Below the pieces are notes generated by a model. It ran no database searches. It saw nothing but the letters and a program-made list of their open reading frames with translations, and had not been told where the DNA came from. From contig JALOLA010000010.1 of NCBI GenBank assembly GCA_025456205.1, positions 5,338 through 69,337 of the forward strand: a stretch of DNA of 64,000 nucleotides. The letters run 5' to 3'. This document shows positions 1-7,249 of the stretch, piece by piece. Numbering within the stretch: the stretch's first letter is position 1; the number at the start of each line of letters is the position of its first letter. The translations under genes and the position numbers were made by a program. The stretch comes from Acidobacteriota bacterium (lineage in GTDB: Bacteria; Acidobacteriota; Aminicenantia; UBA2199).

Positions 1-1
1 C

Positions 2-715
2 GGCGGCCCGCCGCGGCGCCTGCTGGTTGTTCTCGAGGAGATGATGGAGACGGCCGGGCGCCACGCCGAAATTCTGGGCGTGGGCGTGCGCGACCTGCAC
101 GCCAAGGGGCTGACCTGGGTGCTGGCCCGCCTGCATGTCAGGATCGCCGACGTTCCCGAAGCCGGTGAAACCGTGCACATCGCCACCTGGCCGGCGGGGC
201 GCCACCGCCTGTTCGCCGTGCGCGACTTTCAGCTCCAGGGCGCCGCGGGCAACGAGCTGCTGCGCGCCAGCAGCGCCTGGGCGCTGATGAACCTGGAGAC
301 GCGGCGGCCGGCGCGCCTCGACCCGCACCTGCCCGTGTTCACCCGCCATCCCGCGCGCATGGTCGAGGATGACTTCGCTGCCCTGCCGCCTCCCTATCCC
401 CAAGCCGGCCGGCACGCCTACCGGGCGGATGCCGGGGACATCGACATCAACGATCACGTCAACAACACCGTCTACCTCGACTGGGCGCTGAGATCGGCGC
501 CGGAAAGCGCCCGCCGCCGGCTGCCCCGCAGCCTGGAAGCCGCATTCATGGGCGAGGCGCGCCTGGGCGACGCAGTCGCCTGCCTCAGCGAGATCGGCCG
601 CGCGGACGGCGGGACCGTCCTGCTGCAGAGCCTTCAGGATGAGGCCTCGGGCCGAGAACTGACCCGCCTGCGCACCTATTGGCAAACCGACTCCAAATCA
701 AAAAGCACGATATAA
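2..715 (+). CDS. acyl-ACP thioesterase (5' end off window)
   Basis: Frame is open from nt 2. Carries the hot-dog thioesterase signature [17 protein letters not shown]-terminal [16 protein letters not shown] resembles the family's LQEaa..Ha region. Confidence 0.75.
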   Translation, partial: GGPPRRLLVVLEEMMETAGRHAEILGVGVRDLHAKGLTWVLARLHVRIADVPEAGETVHIATWPAGRHRLFAVRDFQLQGAAGNELLRASSAWALMNLETRRPARLDPHLPVFTRHPARMVEDDFAALPPPYPQAGRHAYRADAGDIDINDHVNNTVYLDWALRSAPESARRRLPRSLEAAFMGEARLGDAVACLSEIGRADGGTVLLQSLQDEASGRELTRLRTYWQTDSKSKSTI

Positions 716-725
716 GGAGGGACCC

Positions 726-1136
726 ATGGGATTCGCCAAGGAATTCAAGGCCTTCGCCATGCGCGGCAACGTCATGGACATGGCCGTGGGCATCGTCATC
801 GGCGTCGCTTTCGGCAAGATCGTCACCTCGCTGGTCAACGACATCATCATGCCTCCCATCGGGGTGCTGATGGGCGGCGTGGATTTTTCCCACCTGGCCG
901 TCACGCTGAAGGCCGCCGCCGGCAGTGAGCCGGCCGTGGCCCTGAAGTACGGCGCCTTCCTCAGCACCATCATCGACTTCCTGATCGTGGCCTTCGCCAT
1001 CTTTCTGGTCATCAAGGGCCTGAACGCCCTGAAGCGGAAAAAGGAGGAGGCGCCGCCCGCGCCGCCCCCGGTCCAGGAGATGATCCTGCGCGAAATCCGG
1101 GACATTCTCCGCAGCAAAGGCGAGAAGATCTTATAA
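726..1136 (+). CDS. mscL: large-conductance mechanosensitive channel
   Basis: [46 protein letters not shown] is canonical MscL. RBS taaggaggg lies upstream. Length 136 aa. Confidence 0.95.
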   Translation: MGFAKEFKAFAMRGNVMDMAVGIVIGVAFGKIVTSLVNDIIMPPIGVLMGGVDFSHLAVTLKAAAGSEPAVALKYGAFLSTIIDFLIVAFAIFLVIKGLNALKRKKEEAPPAPPPVQEMILREIRDILRSKGEKIL

Positions 1137-1144
1137 CCGCACTG

Positions 1145-1305
1145 CGTAATTCGTAGGCCGTAATTCGTGATTCGGAAGAGGTCAGGGGAAAGTTCGAACT
1201 GTTGCTGTTTTGCATCACGCTTTGCGAATCACGGATCACGAACTTGAGAGGAGAAAGTCAGTTTTCTTTCTGTCTCGAATCACGAATTACGAATCACGAA
1301 TCACG
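1145..1305. repeat. inverted arrays of 7-nt repeats (CGTGATT / AATCACG)
   Basis: 1145-1172 reads cgtaatt cgtaggc cgtaatt cgtgatt. 1214-1241 and 1278-1305 carry the reverse-complement heptads (aatcacg aattacg aatcacg aatcacg). Confidence 0.8.
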
Positions 1306-2783
1306 AACTTGACCGGCACGGCGATGTCCGAATCGCGCCACAGTACGGCCTCTTCGCGGCCGCGGTCGTCGTTGCGGTCCGAGCCGATGCCGTAGATGGC
1401 CTGCCGCTCGCGGCCAAAGCGGTAGGGCGCGCCGCTGAAGGGGTCGCGCTCGTCGGCCTCGGCAAGCAACTGCCGCAGGGCCGATTCGCCCAGGACCCCT
1501 CCCGGGCCGGCCGCCAGGCGCGCCCGGGCCAGCAGGCGCACCAGGTCGTAGCGTGTTTTCAGCTCGTGGCTGCGGTAGACATAGTGGCGCAGGATCGGCC
1601 AGGTGTAGGGCATGGTCGAGCGCACCATCATTTTCCCCAGCGGGTTGCGCAGCCACCAGAAGGGAGCTTCCCCGACCACGGCGGGAATGCGCCGCCGGGA
1701 CGGTCCCGCTTCCCGCTCCCAGCTCCAGGGCGGCGTCTCCTCCAGCTGCCCGATGCGCTCCCAGGCCGCGCGCAGCATGGCGACGGTCTCATTCTCCTTG
1801 ATGAAAAAAGCGGCCAGGGCATGGACGACGGTGAAAACGCGCGCCCCGGAAATGGCCACGAGCCTCTCCATGGCGTAGAACGCGGCCGGCTCGCGGAAAT
1901 AATCCTTGAGCAGGAAGGGATCGACGACCTTTTCCTCCTTCACCCGGCGGATGGCGGCGCGGAAGCTCAGCCAATGGAAGGCGCGCACGGCGCCCGTGCC
2001 GAAGCGGCCGCTGCCGGCTTGCGCCAGGTTCTCCCGCATCCGCCGCGCGAAGCCCGGGGGGCAGTCCGGGAAATTGAGCAGCGCGGACAGCGCCCGCAGC
2101 GACAGCTCGACCATGGTCCGGCCCAGGGCGTTGACCCTGACGGTGCGGCCGCTGTCGACGAGGCGCAGCCCGGCGGCCAGCGCGGCCAGCAGTCCGTCAC
2201 CGGCCTCCGGCCAGCGGCCGTCCATGGCGGCCAGCACCTGCGCGGCGGCGAAGAGCTTGGCCGCCTGCGTGGCCAGCGTCACGCTGCGGGCGGGGCACTC
2301 CCAGTTCAGGGGGGTGAAATCCTCCAGTGTCCCGGACTGCAGCACCTGGCGGTAGCGCTGCAGCAGCGGGGCGAACCGCTCCTGCCATTGAGCGACCTGG
2401 GAGCGCCGGGCCGCGAAATACACGCCCGAATCCTCGCCCGGGGACAGGGGAAAATACAGGTTCATCCCCTGCCAGTGCCTGGCGACGCCCGCGTTCAGGC
2501 GCGCCAGCCAGCGGCCATAGGGAGAACGATATGGAGCGCCACGGGGCCGGGCGGCGAACAGCTGGCTCACTTCGTGGCGAAAGCTTTCTGCCAGCGGATC
2601 GGTCCCCGGGGCCTCGGCGAAGCCCCAGATGAGGAAAAAGCCGTTGCCGGGCTCCATATTCACCGCCAGCCCATCCGCGGCGGGAACGCCCGGCGGCAAA
2701 CGGGAATCGAAGAGGTTGAGGCCAAGAAAAACCAGGACGAAAAGCGCCAGCGCGGCCGAGCCCCAGAGCAGAAAGCGCTTCAC
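1287..2783 (-). CDS. hypothetical membrane-anchored protein
   Basis: GTG start preceded by ggagg. N-terminal TM/signal anchor MKRFLLWGSAALALFVLVFLGL. Lies downstream of DUF72 and the kinase on the same strand. No family recognised. Confidence 0.6.
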   Translation of the reverse strand: MKRFLLWGSAALALFVLVFLGLNLFDSRLPPGVPAADGLAVNMEPGNGFFLIWGFAEAPGTDPLAESFRHEVSQLFAARPRGAPYRSPYGRWLARLNAGVARHWQGMNLYFPLSPGEDSGVYFAARRSQVAQWQERFAPLLQRYRQVLQSGTLEDFTPLNWECPARSVTLATQAAKLFAAAQVLAAMDGRWPEAGDGLLAALAAGLRLVDSGRTVRVNALGRTMVELSLRALSALLNFPDCPPGFARRMRENLAQAGSGRFGTGAVRAFHWLSFRAAIRRVKEEKVVDPFLLKDYFREPAAFYAMERLVAISGARVFTVVHALAAFFIKENETVAMLRAAWERIGQLEETPPWSWEREAGPSRRRIPAVVGEAPFWWLRNPLGKMMVRSTMPYTWPILRHYVYRSHELKTRYDLVRLLARARLAAGPGGVLGESALRQLLAEADERDPFSGAPYRFGRERQAIYGIGSDRNDDRGREEAVLWRDSDIAVPVKFVIRDS

Positions 2784-2797
2784 GGCCCCGCCTCCGG

Positions 2798-3619
2798 CTA
2801 ATTGTCCCGGCCGGCCGGGCGGCGCTTGAGCAGGATCTCCTTCAGCTGCAGCAGGTTCTTCACCGCCGCCCCCTTGTAATGGTTGTTGCCGGCCACGAAC
2901 ACCTTCTTGGCCTGCTCGCGCAGCCGGGCCACCACCTCGCCGAGGCGGCCGAGCTCGGCCGCGGAATAGGAATAATCATAGCGGGCGTCGCGCCCCTGGC
3001 CGGAGAACCAATCCCGGGCATTGCGGCCGTGCAGCCGCAGGTAGGCCGTATCCCGGGCCGTGACCAGCGCCGTCAGGGGCAGGGACTGCGAGATCTGCGG
3101 CTGGTCGATATTGGTCCAGACCAGACCGTTCCTGCGAAAATGATCCAGCACCTCTTCCTCGAGCCAGCTTTGGTGGCGGAATTCCACGGCCAGCGGCCAG
3201 GCGCGGAACTGCCCGGCCAGCTCGCCCAGGTAGTCGAGGTTCGCCGGATCGTACCTGAACGAATAGGGGAACTGCGCCAGCAGCCCGGACAGCCTGCCGG
3301 CGTCCTCCAGGGGCCGCAGGCATTCGCGGAAACCGTCCAGCATGGGCCTGTCCAGCCGGCGCTCGTGGGTGAACGACTGGTGCAGCTTGAGCCAGAAGCT
3401 GAAACCGGCCAGGCCGGCGGTCTTGTCCACCCAGCCCCGGGTCAATTTCAGGGAGGGGACGCGGTAGAAGCTGGTGTTGACCTCGATGAAATCGAACTGT
3501 TCGGCCAGGAAGGCCAGGGGATTGAAGCGGGCCGGCAGCGTCTCAGGGTAGACCGTCCCCCGCCAGTCGGCGTAGCTCCAGCCCGACGGGCCGAGAAAGA
3601 TGCCCTCAGGACTCGCCAT
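2798..3619 (-). CDS. DUF72 (YecE-like) domain protein
   Basis: GPSGWSYADWRGTVYP...FDFIEVNTSFYR is the typical DUF72 N-terminus. Overlaps the kinase stop by 14 nt. Confidence 0.85.
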   Translation of the reverse strand: MASPEGIFLGPSGWSYADWRGTVYPETLPARFNPLAFLAEQFDFIEVNTSFYRVPSLKLTRGWVDKTAGLAGFSFWLKLHQSFTHERRLDRPMLDGFRECLRPLEDAGRLSGLLAQFPYSFRYDPANLDYLGELAGQFRAWPLAVEFRHQSWLEEEVLDHFRRNGLVWTNIDQPQISQSLPLTALVTARDTAYLRLHGRNARDWFSGQGRDARYDYSYSAAELGRLGEVVARLREQAKKVFVAGNNHYKGAAVKNLLQLKEILLKRRPAGRDN

Positions 3620-5837
3620 CCAGCACTTCCCTCACCTTGGCCAGCAGCGACCTGACCTGGTAGGGCTTCTGGATGAAGCCGCGCACGCCGAGGGCCAGGA
3701 TCTCGTTCACCTTCTCGTTCTGGCTGTAGCCGGTGGAAAACAGGACGCGCACATCGGGGTCGATCTTTTTCAGCTGCAGGAAGGTTTCGCGGCCGCCCAG
3801 CCGGGGCATGACCATGTCCAGGAGCACCATGTCGATGTGCCGGTGCTCCTTGCGGAAGACGGCCACCCCCTCCGTGCCGTCGGCGGCCAGGATCACGCGG
3901 TAGCCGTAGCTTTCCAGGATATCGGCCGCCACCTGGCGGATGGCTTCCTCGTCATCGATGACCAGGATCGCCTCGTGGCCGCCGGGCATCTCCTCATCCG
4001 AAACGGATTCCAGGACCTCGGGCTTGCCGCTCAGGGGCAGGTAGATCTTGAAGGTGGATCCCTGGCCGGCCTCGCTGTAGACGTTGATGAAGCCGCCATG
4101 GTTCTTCACCACGCCGTAGACCATGGAAAGGCCGAGGCCGGTGCCCTTGCCTTTTTCCTTGGTGGTGAAAAAGGGCTCGAATATCCTTCCTCTGACGCTA
4201 TCGTCCATGCCCACGCCGGTGTCGCTCACCGCCAGCACCGCGAACCAGCCCGGCTTGGCCTCGGGCTGGTTGCGGGCGTCACTCTCGCTCAGCCGGGCCA
4301 CCGACGACTGGATGGTCAGGCAGCCGCCGTGGGGCATGGCGTCGCGGGCGTTGACGCACAGGTTCATCAGCACCTGCTGGATCTGGCCGACATCGATCTC
4401 GACCGTGGGCAGGCTCTCGTTCAGTCGCGTCTCGATGGCGATGGACTTGTCCAGGGTGCCGGCCAGGATCTTCAGCGACTCGGAGATCACGCTGTTCAGG
4501 CTGGAGGGACGGATGTCGTACTTGCCGCCGCGGGCGAAGGCCAGGAGCTGCGCGGTCAGCTCGGCGGCGCGGCTGGCGCTCTTCTCGATGGTATCCACCG
4601 GCCGGAAAAAGGGATGGTCGGGATTGATGTTGGTCTTGAGCCACGAGGCGTAGCCCAGGATGCCGCCCAGGATGTTGTTGAAATCATGGGCGATGCCGCC
4701 GGCCAGCAGCCCGATGGACTCCATTTTCTGGGCCTGGATGAAGCGCTCTTCCAGGAGCTTGCGCTCGGAGATGTCGCGCACGTACTCGATCACCCCGGTG
4801 AGGTCGCCGTCCTGGTCGAGGAGCGGGAAAGCGTGCAGCTCCAGCCAGCCCCGCTGGCCGTCGCTGCCGACCAGGGGCACGATGTCCACCTGGGGACTGC
4901 GTTCCCGCAGCGCGCGCAGGGTTGGGCAGACGCGGCAGGGCTCCTGGGTGCCGTAATAGGCCTGGAAGCACTTCTTGCCGGCCAGCGGCAGCTGGTGGGC
5001 GTACCAGCGGTCCATGGCCTGGTTGACCTGCAGGATGTTCAGGTCGCGGTCCAGGACGCTGATCCCGTCCTGGATGCCGTTGAATACCGCCGCCAGGAAG
5101 CGCTGGCTCTCCCTGAGCTCGCGCTCGGCCTGCTTGCGCCACAGCGCGTCGGCGATGTGCTGCGACACGAAGATCAGCAGCTCGCGGTCGCGCTCGGAAT
5201 AATGGAAATCCTCCTGGTAGCTCTGGATGACGAGGACGCCGAAGGTGCGCTCGCCCCGCTTCAGCGGCACGCCCAGCCATTCGCTGGAAGGAGCGCCGAT
5301 CAGCTCGATGGCGTCCTCGGCGGCCATCTGCTCCACCTGCTGGTCCGAGGCCAGCAGCGGCAGGCCCGAACGCAGGACGTACTCGGTCAGCCCCCGGCCC
5401 AGCGCCTTGGGCTGCGGCGCGGCGTCGAACTCGTCGACGAAATAGGGGAAGCTCAGCGTGCTCCCGGCTGGGTCGACCAGGGCGATATAGAAATTGCGGG
5501 CATACAGCAGGCTGGAGATGATGCCGTGGATGGCCGCGTAGAGCGCGTTCATGTCCTCGGCCTGGCTGGCCTTCTCCGAGATCTGGAACAGCGCCGACTG
5601 CAGGACTTCCGACTGGCGGTGCCTGTCGATCTCCTCCTCGAGCTGGTCGTTGGCCTGCTCCAGGGCCAGGGTGCGCTCGCTGACCAGTTCTTCCAGCTGG
5701 TCGCGATAGACGCTCAACTCCGATTCCACCTTGCGGCGGTCGGCGCTGCGGGGTTGCCGGCCTTTATCCCCGCCGGGTGCCTGGCCGGGTTTCGCATCGC
5801 GTACATCAAGGTCTTTTTGGGGCGCCGTTTTTTTCAT
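3606..5837 (-). CDS. hybrid sensor histidine kinase/response regulator (coiled coil-GAF-PAS-HisKA-HATPase-REC, no TM)
   Basis: H-box IAHDFNNILGGILGY. HATPase G-boxes DTGVGM and GTGLGLS. C-terminal receiver ILVIDDE...MVLLDMVMP. Confidence 0.9.
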   Translation of the reverse strand: MKKTAPQKDLDVRDAKPGQAPGGDKGRQPRSADRRKVESELSVYRDQLEELVSERTLALEQANDQLEEEIDRHRQSEVLQSALFQISEKASQAEDMNALYAAIHGIISSLLYARNFYIALVDPAGSTLSFPYFVDEFDAAPQPKALGRGLTEYVLRSGLPLLASDQQVEQMAAEDAIELIGAPSSEWLGVPLKRGERTFGVLVIQSYQEDFHYSERDRELLIFVSQHIADALWRKQAERELRESQRFLAAVFNGIQDGISVLDRDLNILQVNQAMDRWYAHQLPLAGKKCFQAYYGTQEPCRVCPTLRALRERSPQVDIVPLVGSDGQRGWLELHAFPLLDQDGDLTGVIEYVRDISERKLLEERFIQAQKMESIGLLAGGIAHDFNNILGGILGYASWLKTNINPDHPFFRPVDTIEKSASRAAELTAQLLAFARGGKYDIRPSSLNSVISESLKILAGTLDKSIAIETRLNESLPTVEIDVGQIQQVLMNLCVNARDAMPHGGCLTIQSSVARLSESDARNQPEAKPGWFAVLAVSDTGVGMDDSVRGRIFEPFFTTKEKGKGTGLGLSMVYGVVKNHGGFINVYSEAGQGSTFKIYLPLSGKPEVLESVSDEEMPGGHEAILVIDDEEAIRQVAADILESYGYRVILAADGTEGVAVFRKEHRHIDMVLLDMVMPRLGGRETFLQLKKIDPDVRVLFSTGYSQNEKVNEILALGVRGFIQKPYQVRSLLAKVREVLDGES

Positions 5838-6000
5838 GCCACCTCGCAGGGTCTAAGGGCGATTATAAGAAATATTCCTCACAAAAGCAAAAGAATACTT
5901 TCGGGTCCGGGATGTTGTCCAGTGGCAGTGCCAGTGTCAGCAAGAAATTAAAGCAATCGGTTGACGGCAGACGGCATGCGGTTGATGGTCAGGAAGAAGG

Positions 6001-6160
6001 AATTCCAAGACTTAAATTCCAAATCCCAAGCACCAAATTCCAAATAAATTCCATATTCCAATTTCCAAAACGAAAGCCCTTTCAGCTCTTTTTCTTACTT
6101 TTGCCTTTTTACTTTTGATTTTTGCCTTTCTCTATCTCTTTACCTCTTCCTTTCCTCCTG
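6001..6160. repeat. concatenated short-period low-complexity tracts (AAATTCC-like heptads, TTACTTT/TGCCTTT heptads, pyrimidine tract)
   Basis: 6001-6070 reads aattcca agactta aattcca aatccca agcacca aattcca and so on. 6096-6129 (tacttttgcctttttacttttgatttttgccttt) is related to 20864-20895. Confidence 0.75.
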
Positions 6161-6170
6161 ATGTATTCCC

Positions 6171-6360
6171 CGTCACGCGTTACGCGTCACGCGTCACGTA
6201 GTCCGTCTTTTATTCTTTACTGCCCAGGCGGTTTGTGCTTCAAATCGGGCTGGGCATGGATGAGCTATTCTTCCGCGTCACGCGTCACGCGTCACGCGTC
6301 ACGTAGTCCATCTTATATCCTTTACTGCCCAGGCGGTTTGTGTTACAAATCCGGATGGAT
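6171..6360. repeat. tandem duplication (~88 nt x2) of a unit headed by (CGTCACG)n
   Basis: Copies at 6171-6258 and 6274-6360 share cgtcacgcgtcacgtagtcc.tctt.tat.ctttactgcccaggcggtttgtg.t.caaatc.gg. Confidence 0.8.
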
Positions 6361-6372
6361 CAAGGAGGCATC

Positions 6373-6711
6373 ATGATCGTCAAAACCTATACCGACGTCG
6401 CAGCCGAGAAGGTGACCATGGCCGGGGCCGAGAACGTCACCATCCGCTGGCTGCTCGGCAAGGACTCCCCTGCCCCGAATTTTTACCTGCGCCTGTTCGA
6501 GGTGCAGCCCGGCGGCCACTCGCCGTTCCACGCCCACCCGTCCGAGCACGAGATATTCATCCTCGAGGGCCGCGGGCGCATCAATGCCAAGGCGGCCCGC
6601 CACGACGTCGAGGCCGGCAGCTTCGCCCTGGTGGAACCCAACGAGGAGCACCAGTTCGAGAACACCGGGGATGGCGTGCTCAAATTCCTCTGCCTGGTGC
6701 CGAAGGACTAG
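6373..6711 (+). CDS. cupin domain protein
   Basis: RBS caaggagg followed by ATG 6373. Cupin_2 motif GGHSPFHAHPSEHEIFILEGRG. Confidence 0.8.
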   Translation: MIVKTYTDVAAEKVTMAGAENVTIRWLLGKDSPAPNFYLRLFEVQPGGHSPFHAHPSEHEIFILEGRGRINAKAARHDVEAGSFALVEPNEEHQFENTGDGVLKFLCLVPKD

Positions 6712-6969
6712 CTACTCGATCTTCTCCACGACGATGGTCATGCTGGCGGCCAGGGCGGCGATGGCGCCGACGGCGGCCAGCACCGGCAGGAACGCCGCGC
6801 CCACCACGCCCAGGGTGAGAGGGATCTCGATAAGGACCTTGCCCTCATCGTTCTTGAGGATGATGCGCCGGATGTTGCCCTCGTGGATCAGCTCCTTGAT
6901 CTTGTCGACGACCTTGCCGCCGTCCAGCTTGAACTCCTCGCGCCGGCCGCTGTTCTTCTCTTCGCTCAT
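6712..6969 (-). CDS. DUF4342 domain protein
   Basis: FKLDGGKVVDKIKELIHEGNIRRIILKNDEGKVLIEIPLTLGV is the typical DUF4342 pattern. AGGAG lies 6 nt before ATG 6969. Confidence 0.75.
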   Translation of the reverse strand: MSEEKNSGRREEFKLDGGKVVDKIKELIHEGNIRRIILKNDEGKVLIEIPLTLGVVGAAFLPVLAAVGAIAALAASMTIVVEKIE

Positions 6970-7066
6970 GAGCACCTCCTGATGCCCATTGAACGGATAA
7001 CGATCCCCGATAGTTCTCTGCAGGATGAAGATCTTATGTCTTCAGGGAAGACAAAGGGAGGAGTGA

Positions 7067-7170
7067 GGGAAGAATGAGGGAAAGGCAGAGGGAAGACAAA
7101 GTGGGAAAGAGATCCAGCATGTCAGGGCTTTTCCCACTCTCTCTTCCCTCTCTCTTCCCTCATTCTTCCC
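7067..7170. repeat. long imperfect inverted repeat (43-nt purine-rich arm / pyrimidine-rich arm)
   Basis: 7067-7109 (gggaagaatgagggaaaggcagagggaagacaaagtgggaaag) pairs with 7128-7170 (cttttcccactctctcttccctctctcttccctcattcttccc). Confidence 0.8.
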
Positions 7171-7190
7171 TATTTCTTCCCTCTCCTTCA

Positions 7191-7219
7191 TTGACTTGGC
7201 GCCTGAAATAGGCGACAAT
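7191..7219 (+). promoter_or_regulatory. candidate sigma70 promoter of ileS
   Basis: TTGACT, 17-nt spacer, GACAAT. Ends 31 nt before ATG 7250. Confidence 0.4.
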
Positions 7220-7249
7220 AGCCCTTAAAATCAATCCGGAGCCCGAACC

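Noticed and set aside
6122-6376. 84-aa ORF with an internally repeated peptide (SRVTRHASRSPS.ILYCPGGLC.KSGW twice).
   Set aside because: It is simply the translation of the tandem DNA repeat and heptad tracts. There is no RBS, and it runs into the cupin RBS and start. It is treated as non-coding repeat DNA.
6976-7249. T-box or other riboswitch leader upstream of ileS.
   Set aside because: No T-box consensus (AGGGUGGNACCGCG-like) or specifier-loop architecture is visible. The hairpin lies upstream of the likely promoter and is low-complexity R/Y sequence.
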